64,000 bases of DNA from the NCBI GenBank assembly GCA_030704615.1, contig CM060734.1:18662001-18726000 (forward strand). The letters are read 5' to 3'. Below, piece after piece: positions 26,730-38,978 of this stretch. Below the pieces are notes generated by a model. That model was not told the origin of the DNA and made no database searches. It was given only the letters and a program-made list of their open reading frames with translations. Within the stretch, counting starts at the first letter, position 1, and the number at the start of each line of letters is the position of its first letter. The translations under genes and the position numbers were made by a program. This stretch comes from Takakia lepidozioides (taxonomy: Eukaryota; Plantae; Bryophyta).

Positions 26730-27000
26730 GTATATTCAACACACTCGCAATGTTTGAAAGCAATCAAAAATCATTTGAACAGCAAACGATGGGTTCACCT
26801 TTTCAATCAATTTTGATTGACTTCATACTTGAGAGGAGCATGTGAAAAGGTATGTCAAACACACTCGCAAAGATTGGAAGCAATCAAAAATCATTTGAAC
26901 AGCGAACGATGGGTTCACCCTCCAAACCAATTTTGATTGACCTCATACTTGAGAGAAGCCTGTGAGAAGGCATGTCCAACACTCTCGCAAAGATTCGAAG
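26730..27000. repeat. ~120-bp tandem units related to those at 7903-8264
   Basis: AACACACTCGCAA..AAGCAATCAAAAATCATTTG occurs at ~26738 and 26858, with a partial copy at ~26978. Confidence 0.7.
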
Positions 27001-27824
27001 CTGCTGCCCCCCCCCCAATTGCAAATAATAAAAAAGGTGGGGGGGGGGGGGGGGTCAATAGCTGCTGCTGCTCCTCACACACCCCCCACCACCTTGTGTT
27101 TGTGTTTTTTTGGGAGCTGCACAAAAGAGAGGGAGAGAGAGGGAGAAAGGGGGAAAACAAAATAAAAAAGAAGGTGGGAGGGGGGGGGAGCAGCAGCCCC
27201 CCCCCACCCACCCCCCAACCTTTACTTTTTTTTGGGAGCTGCACAAAGGAGAGGGAGAAAGAGGGAGAAAGAGGGAAAAAGAGGGAGAGGGACAGAGGGG
27301 AGAGAGGGAGGGAGAGAGGGGGCTATAAATAAATAAATAAATAAAAATGGGTGGGGAGAGTGACCGAGCAGCTGTTGCTGCTCCGTCCCCCCCCCCCCCC
27401 CCCAACCTTCTTTTTCTATTTTTTTGGCCCCCTCTCTCCCTCTTTGGTTTTTTCTTTTGTGAACAGCACAAAAGAGAGGGAGAAAGAGGGAGAAAGAGGG
27501 AGAGATGAGGGGAAAAAATAAATAAATAAATAAATAAATGGTGGGGGGGGGTGATTGAGCAGCTCAAGGTCGAATAGGGTGTGATAGAGACACCTGCAAA
27601 AGGGTTAACATTACAGAATGGACATCTTGAATAAGAGCAAAAGGGATGATGTCCTTCAAAGCAATTGGACTGAATGAGTAAGAGTGTCTTAAGTTCTGTG
27701 CAATTGCTACGACTACCTTAAAAGAATGGGAATCCATGTACAAACTATAGATTACAAAAAACTGTAGAGCCATGTTGTGGAAAATTGCAGAAATTTTCTT
27801 GCTGTGAATACTGACAAATAGCCT

Positions 27825-28680
27825 ACCTGTAGCACAAATTTGGTGTTAAGATCCTTCCATTGGCTTGTATCGTGAATATTGTATGCATTGACTTTTGCCC
27901 ATGGATCATGTTGACCCAGGTCATGTGGCACTGACCCAAACACTTTTTTAACACCTGAGTGTCCATCAGCTAGGTACTTGACTTTCTCAGGATGGTGGGA
28001 AAGAGTGGCTGCCGCGAAGTCCCTTTGTATGTTGAGCTCAAGCTTGGGAAAGAGGGAAAGAAGTGCAAAGGATGCATAAAAGTGGACGTCATACTTACAC
28101 CACATGATGTATTATATGCCTTCCAAATAGAGAAATTGACCTACATTCTCCTCACCTTTCTGGAGCAAGGCTAAGCCGGAAGGAAGCCCGGTACTTCTGT
28201 GCTGGGCATCATGGGGCATTGATGCCTACATAGCCCTCAATATCAAATTCTCTGTTGTATCTGTTGTCTTTGGTTTCGTTGTTGGGCCATTGGGTACTTC
28301 ATCATCAACCTTCTCTTCAAAAAAAAGGTAGCCTCAAAGGGAAACCCCGCCACATGCTCTAATTCAGCGATCAATTTCCTCTGATTGTCTTCCAATCCAC
28401 TGAGGAAGGGGTTTTGGGCACCTTCCAGATCATTGCCATTCTGCACGGGGCTGTCAAACAGCACAGGCTACCTCTCATAGACTGTAGGGAGAGCTGAATT
28501 CTTGCCATCGTTTGAAATCCCAAATTGAAAACTCAGGTCTAGGTTGGCACCATCGGTTGTCAAAGAAGGCAACCCATCTGTGACAATCACTTCACGGAAA
28601 GGGGAGTCAGGAGCTGAGTTGTGTGCAGAGCTTGAGGTACTGATGATCAGCTGAAATAGTTCAAGGTACTTGCAAACTGA
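27825..28680 (-). pseudogene. GBA2: Non-lysosomal glucosylceramidase (GH116) single-exon fragment
   Basis: It reads [79 protein letters not shown]. There is an in-frame stop and no flanking exons are recognisable. Confidence 0.88.
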
Positions 28681-31600
28681 ATAGCAACAAAAACAATGAG
28701 ACTGTCTGCAATCTTCAAGAGAATTAACATGGAAGAGTGTTTTCCTATGTAGTTTCACGAGCAGCGTCGTTCATAATAGCTCCAGGGAGGAATTAAGCGC
28801 AGGGGGTCCTTAGAAAGCCGAAACAATACGTAAACTTAACTGTTGCGTGATCCCCTCGGCTTGGCCATACCAGCGATCACTCTGACATGGAAAGGTGCCT
28901 TCCTGGATGTCGTGAAGATTGTTGATGTCCATGAGGGAGGCATTGACGGATCCCCTTAAAGAAATAGTAACCCAGTAAGCATAACTGCTCGCATTACCTT
29001 CTTCGAGCTGCCATCGCGTATGGACCTTCATAGCGCGCAGCAGATATGGTTTGCATTGACACTCACACAACAATCATCCAGGCACATTATGCCATTCGTC
29101 CAATCCAGCATTGTTACCTCACTGACATTATGTCAGTTGATGGAATTCAATAAAAACAAGCTGAAACAGGCATAATCCAAGCATTTCTCATTACTGTAAC
29201 GAGGAAAACAGGATGAAAGTGGGTTAAAACAGGATGAAGCCAGGGTGGAATTTCATCATCTAGTATCATGAAACCATAAAGGTTAAGTGTAGACAGGGAT
29301 GAAATCAAGGTGAGTTTCAGCCATTTAGCACTAAGATTTTCAAATTATATATATGGAAGTAGGTATTACTTAAACCATATGAGTATGGAGAGGGAGGGAG
29401 AGAGAGGGAGTGATGAGGGAAAAAAAATAAAAAAGAAGGTGGGGGGGGAGTGACTGAGCAGCTGCATTCTTCAACGCAAGAGGCGGGGATAGGGTTTGCA
29501 GTAACAACACCTTGTCAAGCCACGACAGTCATCCAGTGGCAGGATGATTTTCATCCTTTTCAGCACTGATCTCGGCTGACAGAAAGTCAGTTAATGATTT
29601 TCATTTACAGTAGGATGAAAAACATCGAGAGATCTCACCAGGGTGAAATTCATCACAACTGCCGTATAGGCTGGATGAAATTAGGATAGGCGGTAATGAA
29701 AAATTGGATGAAGCCTAGGTATTTGAGATGAAAATCGGATGATTTTTCATCATGTTTGTCATGCAACCCTGGTTTTTAGAAAAAAATGGAAGTTGGGATA
29801 ACAATTCCATAGACCCAGTTGATAGAGGGAGAGAGAGGAAGAGAGAGGGAACCCACCGGATAGTTGTTGGCTACGGTGGACCAAAAACTGCGTAACATGG
29901 CAGTTTCTGCAGTGACCTCCATTCATGATAAAATCACAACTCAATATTTCATACAAGTTTATACGGTCTAAGATTTGTAACTACAGTGGAGACATACTCC
30001 AATTTTTTTTATTGTAAAAAGGATCATCTATGAAAGAGTTACATCTCAAAGATCCCGAGTCACGGATTTTAACAAAATCCGTGCGGATTTCGCCATACAA
30101 TGTATTTGTACTACATCCGTGGGGTTGGACGTATCTTTATGGCACGGAAGTGACATCCATCACTGTAATGCGAAAGCCGTGTCATTGTAATGTTTGACGC
30201 AATGATATTAATTACACACAGAATCCGTGTGAGACGACATCCGTGCGACAATCGCACGTTAGAGAATTAGAGGTGGAAGGCGGACAGAGCACGGAATACG
30301 CACAAATTGCACCAATGCAGATTTAGTATCAATTTGGTATCACATTAGAGCATTGCAATGATTTCGTGTATTTTCAACACTCCTTAACTTTGCGACAAAT
30401 AGTCGTGCAGAATCCATGCGATATGATTCATTGACGATGGTCGTGTAGATTCAGTACCAAATTAGAGCTAGCAGTTGCTGAGGTTTTGCCTCCTAGTTAT
30501 CTGCTGGGGGGGAATCCCTCTCTCCCCAGTTTTATCAGGCATATACGCGGATTGTATCAGAAACCAAGTTCTTATATCAAGAAGCTTTGAGAACCCATGG
30601 GGTTGGGAGATCATGGAGTGGAGCGCTCTTTGAGTGGACCGTGGGACGAAATCATGGGGGGTGCACTCTTTATAAAATGTGTGTATCACGTGCGTTCGCC
30701 GACTAATTAAAAAACCCCTTGTATACAGGTCCTTGGATAATTTATACCCCCTCTGTACATACTTTTTGAAGATTATAAAACCCTCTCCTGTAAATATACA
30801 GAAATTTACAATTATTAAAAAGTACCCCCTTCTGTATGTATATATATACCCTCAAATATGTATATGTATGCTTGTATATTATATCAAGTTTATTCATTTA
30901 AAAATATAATAAAATCTAGTAAATTAATTAAAATAAATTGCCCTTGATAAAATTATGGAAGACTTTCCGGTCATTGTAATTGTATTTCCCTCCAACACCA
31001 CATATCTTCCATAATACTAATAAGTTGAGCCAGTTTTTAAGCTACCTACCATGTTGATTAAGTACTAAATAGTACCATGGTTTCAGTTCTGAATTAGAAT
31101 GTATCGTTCAAGACATCTTATCTCCAGAGTCCGGGGTTTTCAGATGCATAATGTTAACTCTGGATTAACCACCAAATGGTACAATGTATACTTTTATCTA
31201 TGGCTGGTGAACAGAACCATGCCAGTAGATTTTGTGTACTTTAATGATAAAGAGCACTAAGAGTATGTGTTGCTCTTTCATTAAAACTCTAGGCTGTACA
31301 GATGTAAGTTGCTCCGTGAACTGAAAGCCTAAGTAATAAAGGGCATTGGGATTGTAATTTACTCTGTCAATTAAACTCAAGGCTGGTATAGTATGTAAGC
31401 TGCCCCTTGATATTTCTCGAGTACTTAGTTTATGAAGGAATAGTAGATGAGCCTCATACACACGTAGCACACTACTCCACACCTCAAACAATTGCACTTC
31501 CAGCCCACAGCCAACTTTTTCCTGAGGGAAAAAACAGGGTGAAATGTGGTGAAGAAGGTGTCTTCATTAGCAGTGCCTGATTTTATCAATTGTGCCGCTG

Positions 31601-31711
31601 CTGCTGCAGCTTCCAGTTGACCATCTACCCATGCAGGTTTCTTGTAGCTATCCTTCCACAGGGAATCGTAGGTAATCTAGCTTGAAATTTCGGCCCTCTT
31701 GCATGAATCTG

Positions 31712-32512
31712 GACCACCCCTTCCCCCATCACTTGCTCATAGGTCTCCAAAGTCTCTCTCCCGCGCCCCTGCTGTGCATACCCTGCCTGCAGCAGCGTTC
31801 CATGACACCACATCTCGTTCAGCCATAGTGTTGAACACTCCTTTCGCATCCTTGATGCTCCCACATTTGGCATACATGTCCACCAGAGCAGTGTTCAAGA
31901 TGACATCTGGTACAATTGCAGATTTGATGATATCACCATGGATCTCTTTGCCCTTTTCCAGGGCTGCCAGGCTCGCACACGCATTTCAAACGCACACAAA
32001 TGTGATGTGGTCGGGCTTCACCCCTCCCCCATCCTTTGCTCATAGGTCTCCAAAGCCTCCATCCCGCGCCCCTGCTGTGCATACCCTGCCTACAGCAGCG
32101 TTCCACGACACCACATCTCGTTCAGCCATAGTGTTGAACACTCCTTTCGCATCCTTGATGCTCCCACATTTGGCATACATGTCCACCAGAGCAGTGTTCA
32201 GGATGACATCTGGTACAATTGCAGATGATGTCACCATGGATCTCTTTGCCCTTTTCCAGGGCTGCCAGGCTTGCACACGCAATGCAAACGCATACAAACG
32301 TTATGTGGTCGGGCTTCACCCCTCCCCCATCCTTTGCTCATAGGTCTCCAAAGCCTCCATCCCGCGCCCCTGCTATGCAAACCCTGCAAGCATCGAGTTC
32401 CACGACACCACATCTCGTTCAACCATAGTGTTGAACACTCCCTTTGCATCCTCAATGCTCCCACATTTGGCATACATGTCCACCAGGGCAGTGTTCAAAA
32501 TGACATCTGGTA
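31712..32512 (-). pseudogene. PLS-class pentatricopeptide repeat gene fragment, tandemly triplicated (~300-bp units), frameshifted
   Basis: [34 protein letters not shown] and KPDHITFVCV..ACASLAALEKGKEIH are repeated. Confidence 0.88.
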
Positions 32513-33747
32513 ATCTGACAGACATTCACCTTTTTGCCTTGGTTGTCCCACCATTGACTAGGGTCAAGTATTCATTCCACAGCTTCTCCTCCTCTATGTT
32601 ATCTGTTGTTGGATACTTTCATGTTGTCACAGTGGCAGTATCATGTCAAAGTCACTCCAAACTAGATTCACTCAACCAGCTAACTTGCAGAATTCAACAT
32701 GGAATTTTAGGGCCAATTTCGATAAGAGGGAAGAACAATGTGTTGAAGAACGTGCATTGAGTAGCAATGCCTGATTTTATCATTTGTGCCGCTGCTGCTG
32801 TGGCTTCCAGTTGACCATCTACCCATGCAGGTTTCTTGTAGCTATCCTACCACAGGGAATCATAGGTAATCTGGAGCTTGAAATCCGGCCCTCTTGGATG
32901 AATCTGGACCCACGCTCTATCCCTGCTCCTTCAGCTGTCCATGCCTTAGACTGAAATGTGTTGAAGAAGGTACCTTCATTACCTTCAGCAAACACCCCAA
33001 CCCTACGTATTACAGTAGTTCCCATTTTGAATTGCATCTGCTTTGTACAATGAGCTAACTTACAGAATTAAGTATGCAAATTCAGCCCACTGAGTCTAGA
33101 AGAAGGTGCCCTCACCACAATGTCCTCGAACTGTCATGACCCATGGAGGATTTGACTGACCATGAACCCAAGAGGACCTCTTGTGTGTGGTGCTTGTGTT
33201 TGTAGTCAGATAATGTTGGATTGGTCTGTGAGAACCACCATGGTGCAGCTGAGCGGGCAGAGATTGAAACACGGCCTGCTAAGACCAAGCTAACTCTCCC
33301 AAGAACCTTGTAAATATCAGGAAGCGGTCGACCATCCACCCACGAACGCGGGAGAGGAGGGGAGAGGAGAGGAGAGCCACATGAGTGGTGTGACCTGCGA
33401 CAATCAGGCACGATTTCAAATTCCCATATCTTTTATGGTGATTGTCTTCTTATAGACCATCATACGAGTGAATATAATCATCTCCTCCACCCTTTCCCCC
33501 TTCCACCAATTGCAGGGCCTGGCTAATAGAATGTGGAAGGAGTCCTATCTCTAAACAACTTGATGGTTCACAACTGGCAGAGCCTGAAATAACATCAATT
33601 TGCAAAGGTACTAATCTATGCAGTTGTGAGTCACTTGAAGAGGACATAAGAAATCCTCCACAAAATACTTATGATAAAGAATACATTTCACTTGATGTGC
33701 ACAAAACCAAGCAAATGGCGGTCCAAAGAGACAAAGAGAAGCCACTC

Positions 33748-33824
33748 GGCAGTAGCCCTTGTGGTGAAGTGACACCATAAGTTACGCTCCCTTCAGGAGG
33801 CGTCATACTTTTTTTCTTTTTTTT
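33748..33824 (+). mobile_element. 5'-truncated SINE copy with T-rich tail and 13-bp TSD
   Basis: The TSD AGAGAAGCCACTC is at 33735-33747 and 33825-33837. The body matches the 3' end of the SINE at 56878-57061. Confidence 0.88.
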
Positions 33825-34288
33825 AGAGAAGCCACTCACTCTCTAGGCACTCGTCATATTTTTCAGCTTCATGTTTCTCGTTATTGAAGTACTTCACAGT
33901 CTGCAATAACACCCACCTCAAGGCAATCCTATTATTGTCCCACTTAGAAGAAAGCATACATGAAGTCCACGGTCCTTGCTGTAAACATCTGCTGTCTCCT
34001 AGCTCTCCTCAACATGGGGTGCTAGCAGAGTTAGCCCTGAAATCATAGTAGTAGTCAAACTGTTAGATTACACCATCTAGATAAATTTTTGGAGGTTAAG
34101 AGCTGTTGGCATAAACTTGCAGACAACATAACAATGCAGACAAAGCACAGCCAGAAATGCTACATATTGAATTATTCACATGGTTGGGCCCCCAGGAACA
34201 TTGAAGTGAGAAAGAGGTTATACCAGAGTCTTTGCCAGTGTAAAGCACCCAATAGAGCGCTGACATACTTTTAGCCACTGCTTGATAT

Positions 34289-34914
34289 TCAAAACTTGTA
34301 CTCGTTGATGAAGAAGCGGTCTTCTTCCCAAAAATTTGGTACAATGTGGATCACGCGTAAAATGCTGGAAATGTCCACCACCATAAAAGAGACATCTAAG
34401 GAATGTTGCCCTTGCCTTCGTGACACTTTAGAAGTCCATGTTAATTCTTTACAATTTACCATCCTACTTAATCTGTTAGCTGGCAATTCCGAATACATCT
34501 GTACGAATGCCAAGTCCCTTTGCACCATCACTCTGCTTTGCGCCTCTAAAAATGATGCCCGAAAAAATGACCGCACTTGGCCATACTTAGTCAACTCTTG
34601 TGCACCTGCATCCTCCATCTGAAGGGCTACGTTGTTGTAGTAAGGATCCCCATGGAAACTATGGGTAGCCCTAGCATAAAGAGGCCAGTCTCCAAATCTA
34701 CTCCAGGGCCAGCAGAGACAGCAAGTGAGGCGTACACCTGTAACATATCACCTCCTTCTAGTCCACTCCACTCCATCTACGCATTGAATCACATTGAATC
34801 ACATCTCTTCTCCAAAATACACCTTGCAATGCTTGACAAAGCTCAAGCTCTGTGCTGGAAAGCTTTGCTTGCAAGTTTTCAATCGTCAACTCTGTCGTTT
34901 TTCCTGCTATGGCC
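34289..34914 (-). mobile_element. Plavaka/CACTA-like transposase C-terminal remnant, cut by an LTR insertion at 34915
   Basis: It reads RATHSFHG..YYNNVAL, YGQVRSFF, DLAFVQMY and FMVVDISSILRVIHIVPNF..FFINEY, which resembles the Plavaka transposase C-terminus. It is frameshifted. Confidence 0.6.
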
Positions 34915-36445
34915 TGTCGTGCGCATACGTATCGCTACATAACTACATCGCTGTCCAAACCACACCACACATATATGCACAATAAAGTAGTCTACCACAA
35001 AAGGCAAAAAAGGCAAAGCAAGTCTGCCCCATAGAGCCACCCAGCCAGATCGGAGGAGATGTTTGTGATAAAACAAGCTAAGAGACACACTGTTCACACC
35101 AGAAACAACATGAAATCCATCGCTATCACTCGTTAAAATAGAAGTCGAGCCAGGGGCACCCCAAGCTATGGGGACTCCACCCCACAACAACCTATACTCC
35201 CATCATAAGCACACTCAGTCCTAAACAATGCAGGAGCTCGGTCGCGCAGGCTCAACTTGACAGAGATGAGCTGCGCGACTGCCGCTCTCGTGAAGATAAG
35301 GCGGTTCAGGTGTCAAACTAATCTTGACACCTGATTTAACACTTGACCTAAATCCAAGTGTTAAATACAAATAACTAGCTTTATTCTAGTTGTTTTCACA
35401 CTGTGCTTATTTAACTTGACAGCTGCCGTGCGCATACGTATCGCTACATAACTACATCGCTGTCCAAACCATACCACACATATATGCACAATAAAGTAGT
35501 CTGCCACAATCGCCCCCCTAGCTGGTGGGTAGGTCCCTCTACCTCCAGATAGCTACAAGATGTAATAGCCACAGCCGTACTAAGTCCTCTATCACTGTCC
35601 CTATTGCACTCAAACCCTATAGACCAAGAGGCCGGGTACAAGAGTAGCCCCATCGTTAGTCGCCGTCTTGCAATCTGTGAACTTGAGCCAGGACCTCGTG
35701 TGTTCAAGGTCTCCTAGTAGCTGGGCCTTGCGTTTCTTGTTAGCCTTCCATGGTTGTATCCACTCCCACTATCCAATGCAATGTGAACATAACCAATCCC
35801 CATCCGGAACCATCTCAAGAGGTGGAGTCAAGCATCTCATATGCCAACCTCTAGAGCATCGATCACACACCAACATGGTGGCTGCCCCTCTAGCAGACCC
35901 ACACAACATGCACCTCAAACCTGCAGATAACACTGCCAAGTTTGGGTCTATCCTGCCATCGACATTCGGAAGGTGACATGGCGCACAATTACGCACATGG
36001 TCCTTCCAAGTTATGCCATCCCGACCCTCCAAGACCAAGACGTCTGAGGGCAAGACCTCTCGAACCCTCAAAATAACACGTCCTGCAGTCACATCCAAGG
36101 TCGTAGGAGCAGTCTGCTACAGATAGACGTAGTCACCAGGGTTGAATCTCCGAACCCCAGGACGATAGCCCCCCACCACGTATGGTAGCATACCTCAACG
36201 TATCACGGTGTTGTGCAATGGCAAGGTTCTCAAAAGCCATTGGCATGACTTTCTTGAACAACTCTGCACGCTGCTCACATGCACGTGCCCACACATCCGG
36301 ATCGTCAAGGTTAAGAACTGTAGCAGCTTCTCTGCGAATGGATGTAGGCAAATCCGGCTCTCGGCCAAAGAGAAGAAAGTATGGTGAGAAGGAGGCAAGC
36401 GATGCTTGCTTGCTGAACCTGTAGCCCATGGCTAACCAGGGTAAC
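34915..36445 (-). mobile_element. 3' end of PHD-finger Gypsy, copy 2: integrase C-terminus, PHD finger, PPT, B-A-B terminal repeat
   Basis: The integrase tail reads LPWLAMGYRFSKQASLASFSPYFLLFGREP. The Cys4-His-Cys3 PHD (CMLC..MLVCDRCSRGWHMRCLTPPL..VPDGDWLCSHC) ends at 35769. The 85-bp units are at 34915-34999 and 35424-35508. Confidence 0.9.
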
Positions 36446-38000
36446 GAGGCCTGCCTCAATCAATTGTTCCTTGGCCAATTGCAAAGCCGCTTCTGTATTC
36501 TCTAAGTCTTGCTGCATCTTGAGAGTGACCTCTTCATCGACCTTGTTTGCACACTCAGTGGCAAGTCGAGCCTCAAACTCCTTCTTGAGTTCCTCTCTCA
36601 AAGCTGCCAATTGGGAAGTTGGAACATGGGATTTGACATAAGTGCCCAACAAATTAAGTGTCCTGCTTATAGAACTCATAAGCATGGCCTGTTGAGGGTC
36701 ATCATGGTGAGCTTGCTGCTGTTCTCCCTGATCCTCAACAGTGTGATGCCTCATGAACCACTCAGGCCATTGCCCCACCAAATTTTCTTCCTGAACCACT
36801 TCATCCGTCACCGGTGCTGCAGTGTCTTGACATTCTACCTGTGGTACCTCTGTCACTGGTGTGTGTATTATATGCACCGCAGGGTTTTCCCTAGACAACC
36901 ATTGCACCTCCGGAATCACTGTTTCCTTTACCAGACCAGAATATTCATAGAGAAGGTCCCCCTTCTCAATTTCTGCCACCACCTGTTCTGTAGTGGGAAT
37001 ATCTAACCCTTCTTTCTCCAAATCAATTATTTCTGGTGGAACTGCATGGACGACTTGTGGTAACTCTGTGATAAGCCGATCATCTGGCTGTGATGGCTGT
37101 GATACTGAAGTAACTTCCTCTTCCCTCTCTGAAGGTCCTGCTTCCAATAATAGCAGTTCTCTGTGCTGTTGTGCCACTTCCTGCACAAGAGCTTGGGAAA
37201 CATTATCATGCGGATTCCGTGAAGCCAGTGGATCCGCCATTACAGTCTTTCTCTGCCTCTGTCTCTTAGTCTGGGGTTGCCCTGCCAGTCCACCCTCACT
37301 GTGTGAAGAGCCTTGCTCTTCCATTGCAGTGGTTTCAGTCTCAAACACTCCCATCTCCTGTCTTTCTCGAGCATCAAGTATGCCAGAATCAAGAATTATT
37401 TGAGCAATGACTGGGCCAGACACTATGATAGGAGACTTTGCGGCAGTGCCTTGTAATCTTTTCATCTCCTCTACCAGTGCGTTGTACATTATGTCCGCCC
37501 ATTCTACCTCTTCTCCTCTCAGGGCTTTGAGTATTTCCTCTGTGAAGGATCTGCTCAAATACTGTTGGTTCTGTTTCATGGCAAACAGAACGTTCAATAC
37601 CTGGCCTACCTCCCTTAGCCCTGGGTACATGGCCTTGGTACAAGCATAACCCTGAGTTTTAAAGAAACTCCCTTCTTGGAATAAGTCCCCTATTTGCAGT
37701 CTTGCCCTGTGCTCCTCCACATGCACCTGACCTGCTGGCAATCGAAACAATTGCTGTAGGTATAGGGGAGTAATTACTAATTCAACTCCCTTCACCGTTG
37801 TTGCTCATGTCCTAGGCTCAAAGTTCTGCAAGAATTGTAACATGTACTGTCTATGGTGCAATGTCCAATCTTTGCTTTGCAATCCTTCCAATCGCAGCTC
37901 CTTCAGCAACTTTACCGCCTGTGGAGTAGCAAACGTTTGTTTTTGCAGGATTGTGGTGCTCTTCACCTTGATTTCTTCCATTCCTCTCACTCTCTTCATT
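36446..38000 (-). CDS. Retrotransposon extra 3' ORF (sense, downstream of pol; plant-transposon-protein-like N-terminus, acidic linker, coiled coil); one in-frame stop, truncated
   Basis: ORFs 37805..38416 and 36311..37795 are in the same frame across one TGA. FLQNFE..TTVKGVELVITPLYLQQLFRLP resembles Athila/Tat-type accessory ORFs. Confidence 0.6.
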
Positions 38001-38715
38001 CTAGACCCACAGAAAGGTTTTGGCTGTAACAATTGAAGAAATGCCTGCAGGGCACAAAGCATAAACGTATGGTTGCCACAAAAAGCTATGGGTAATTTCT
38101 TGTAAGCCTGCGGGGCTTGCAAGCATCGATTAAGAGAAAAGATCCGCTCTGTTCTTCCATGCCTATGCCACTGCGTAAGTAATATTGCAAGTGTATAGTC
38201 TGTTAGTTCCTCCATAGCTTCAAAGCTATAGCATTGATGGTTTGTCCCGTCGAGACGCCCGTTACTTAGAACGACGCCGACTCTTGCGCTTAAATTCCCT
38301 CCAATTTCTTGATCCCTTTTCTGGCTTTCGATTGGCTGTAACCGCTGTGACTGGATTTTAGATTTAATTTTCTTTAGTGGACTTTCTCTGCTGGACTGTC
38401 CACTAGGATAACACATGTGACAAGAATTTCGCTTTTATGTACTTGCCGTTTGTTCTGTTGCCTTTTTTCCGTATTCATTAATGGGCCCGCCATTCATCCG
38501 AATTGACGTGCTAAGTAGGTACTTTGACGGCTATTCTTGTCCTCTTTCTTGATGACATCTGTTCTTGCACTTCCTTCTCAGCTGTGTGTTGCGCCCTGAC
38601 TTCCACGTGTCCATTTCTAAACTGGCTTCCGTCCTTTCTTCCGCCGGCCATTTCCCTGAAGTTATCCTGCGTCCACCTGTCACTGATTCTATGGATTGTG
38701 TAACCCTAGTAGGTT

Positions 38716-38978
38716 GTGTTGAGCTGTGACAGGCTGTGTCATACTATGGTACGCTGTGATAGGCTGTGACACGCTGTGGTAGGTTGTGATAGGCTGTGTT
38801 ACGCCGTGCTGGGCTGTGATATGCTGTGTCGCGCCGTGCTGGGCTGTGATAGGATGTGTTGCGCCTTGATGGGCTGTGATAGGCTGTGTTGCGCCATGCT
38901 GGGCTGTGATAGGCTGTGTCACGTCGTGATGGGCTGTGATAGGCTGTGTCGCGCCGTGCTGGGCTGTGATAGGCTGTG
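38716..38978. repeat. 30-bp minisatellite (~8 units) read in frame at the integrase C-terminus (RDTAYHSPAR repeats)
   Basis: GTGCTGGGCTGTGATAGGCTGTGTCGCGCC-like units fall within ORF 38744..39469. Confidence 0.9.

Noticed and set aside
26915-27567. ORFs and G-runs in a GA/G-rich mosaic
   Set aside because: This is simple-sequence low complexity; G-quadruplex potential alone is not informative.
29150-30470. GGATGAAA and CCGTG motif clusters as DNA-transposon subterminal repeats
   Set aside because: This is plausible, but I could not pair TIRs or find a TSD by eye.
36311-36445. C-terminus of the 494-aa ORF
   Set aside because: It is out-of-frame read-through across a deletion junction into the PHD-Gypsy integrase.
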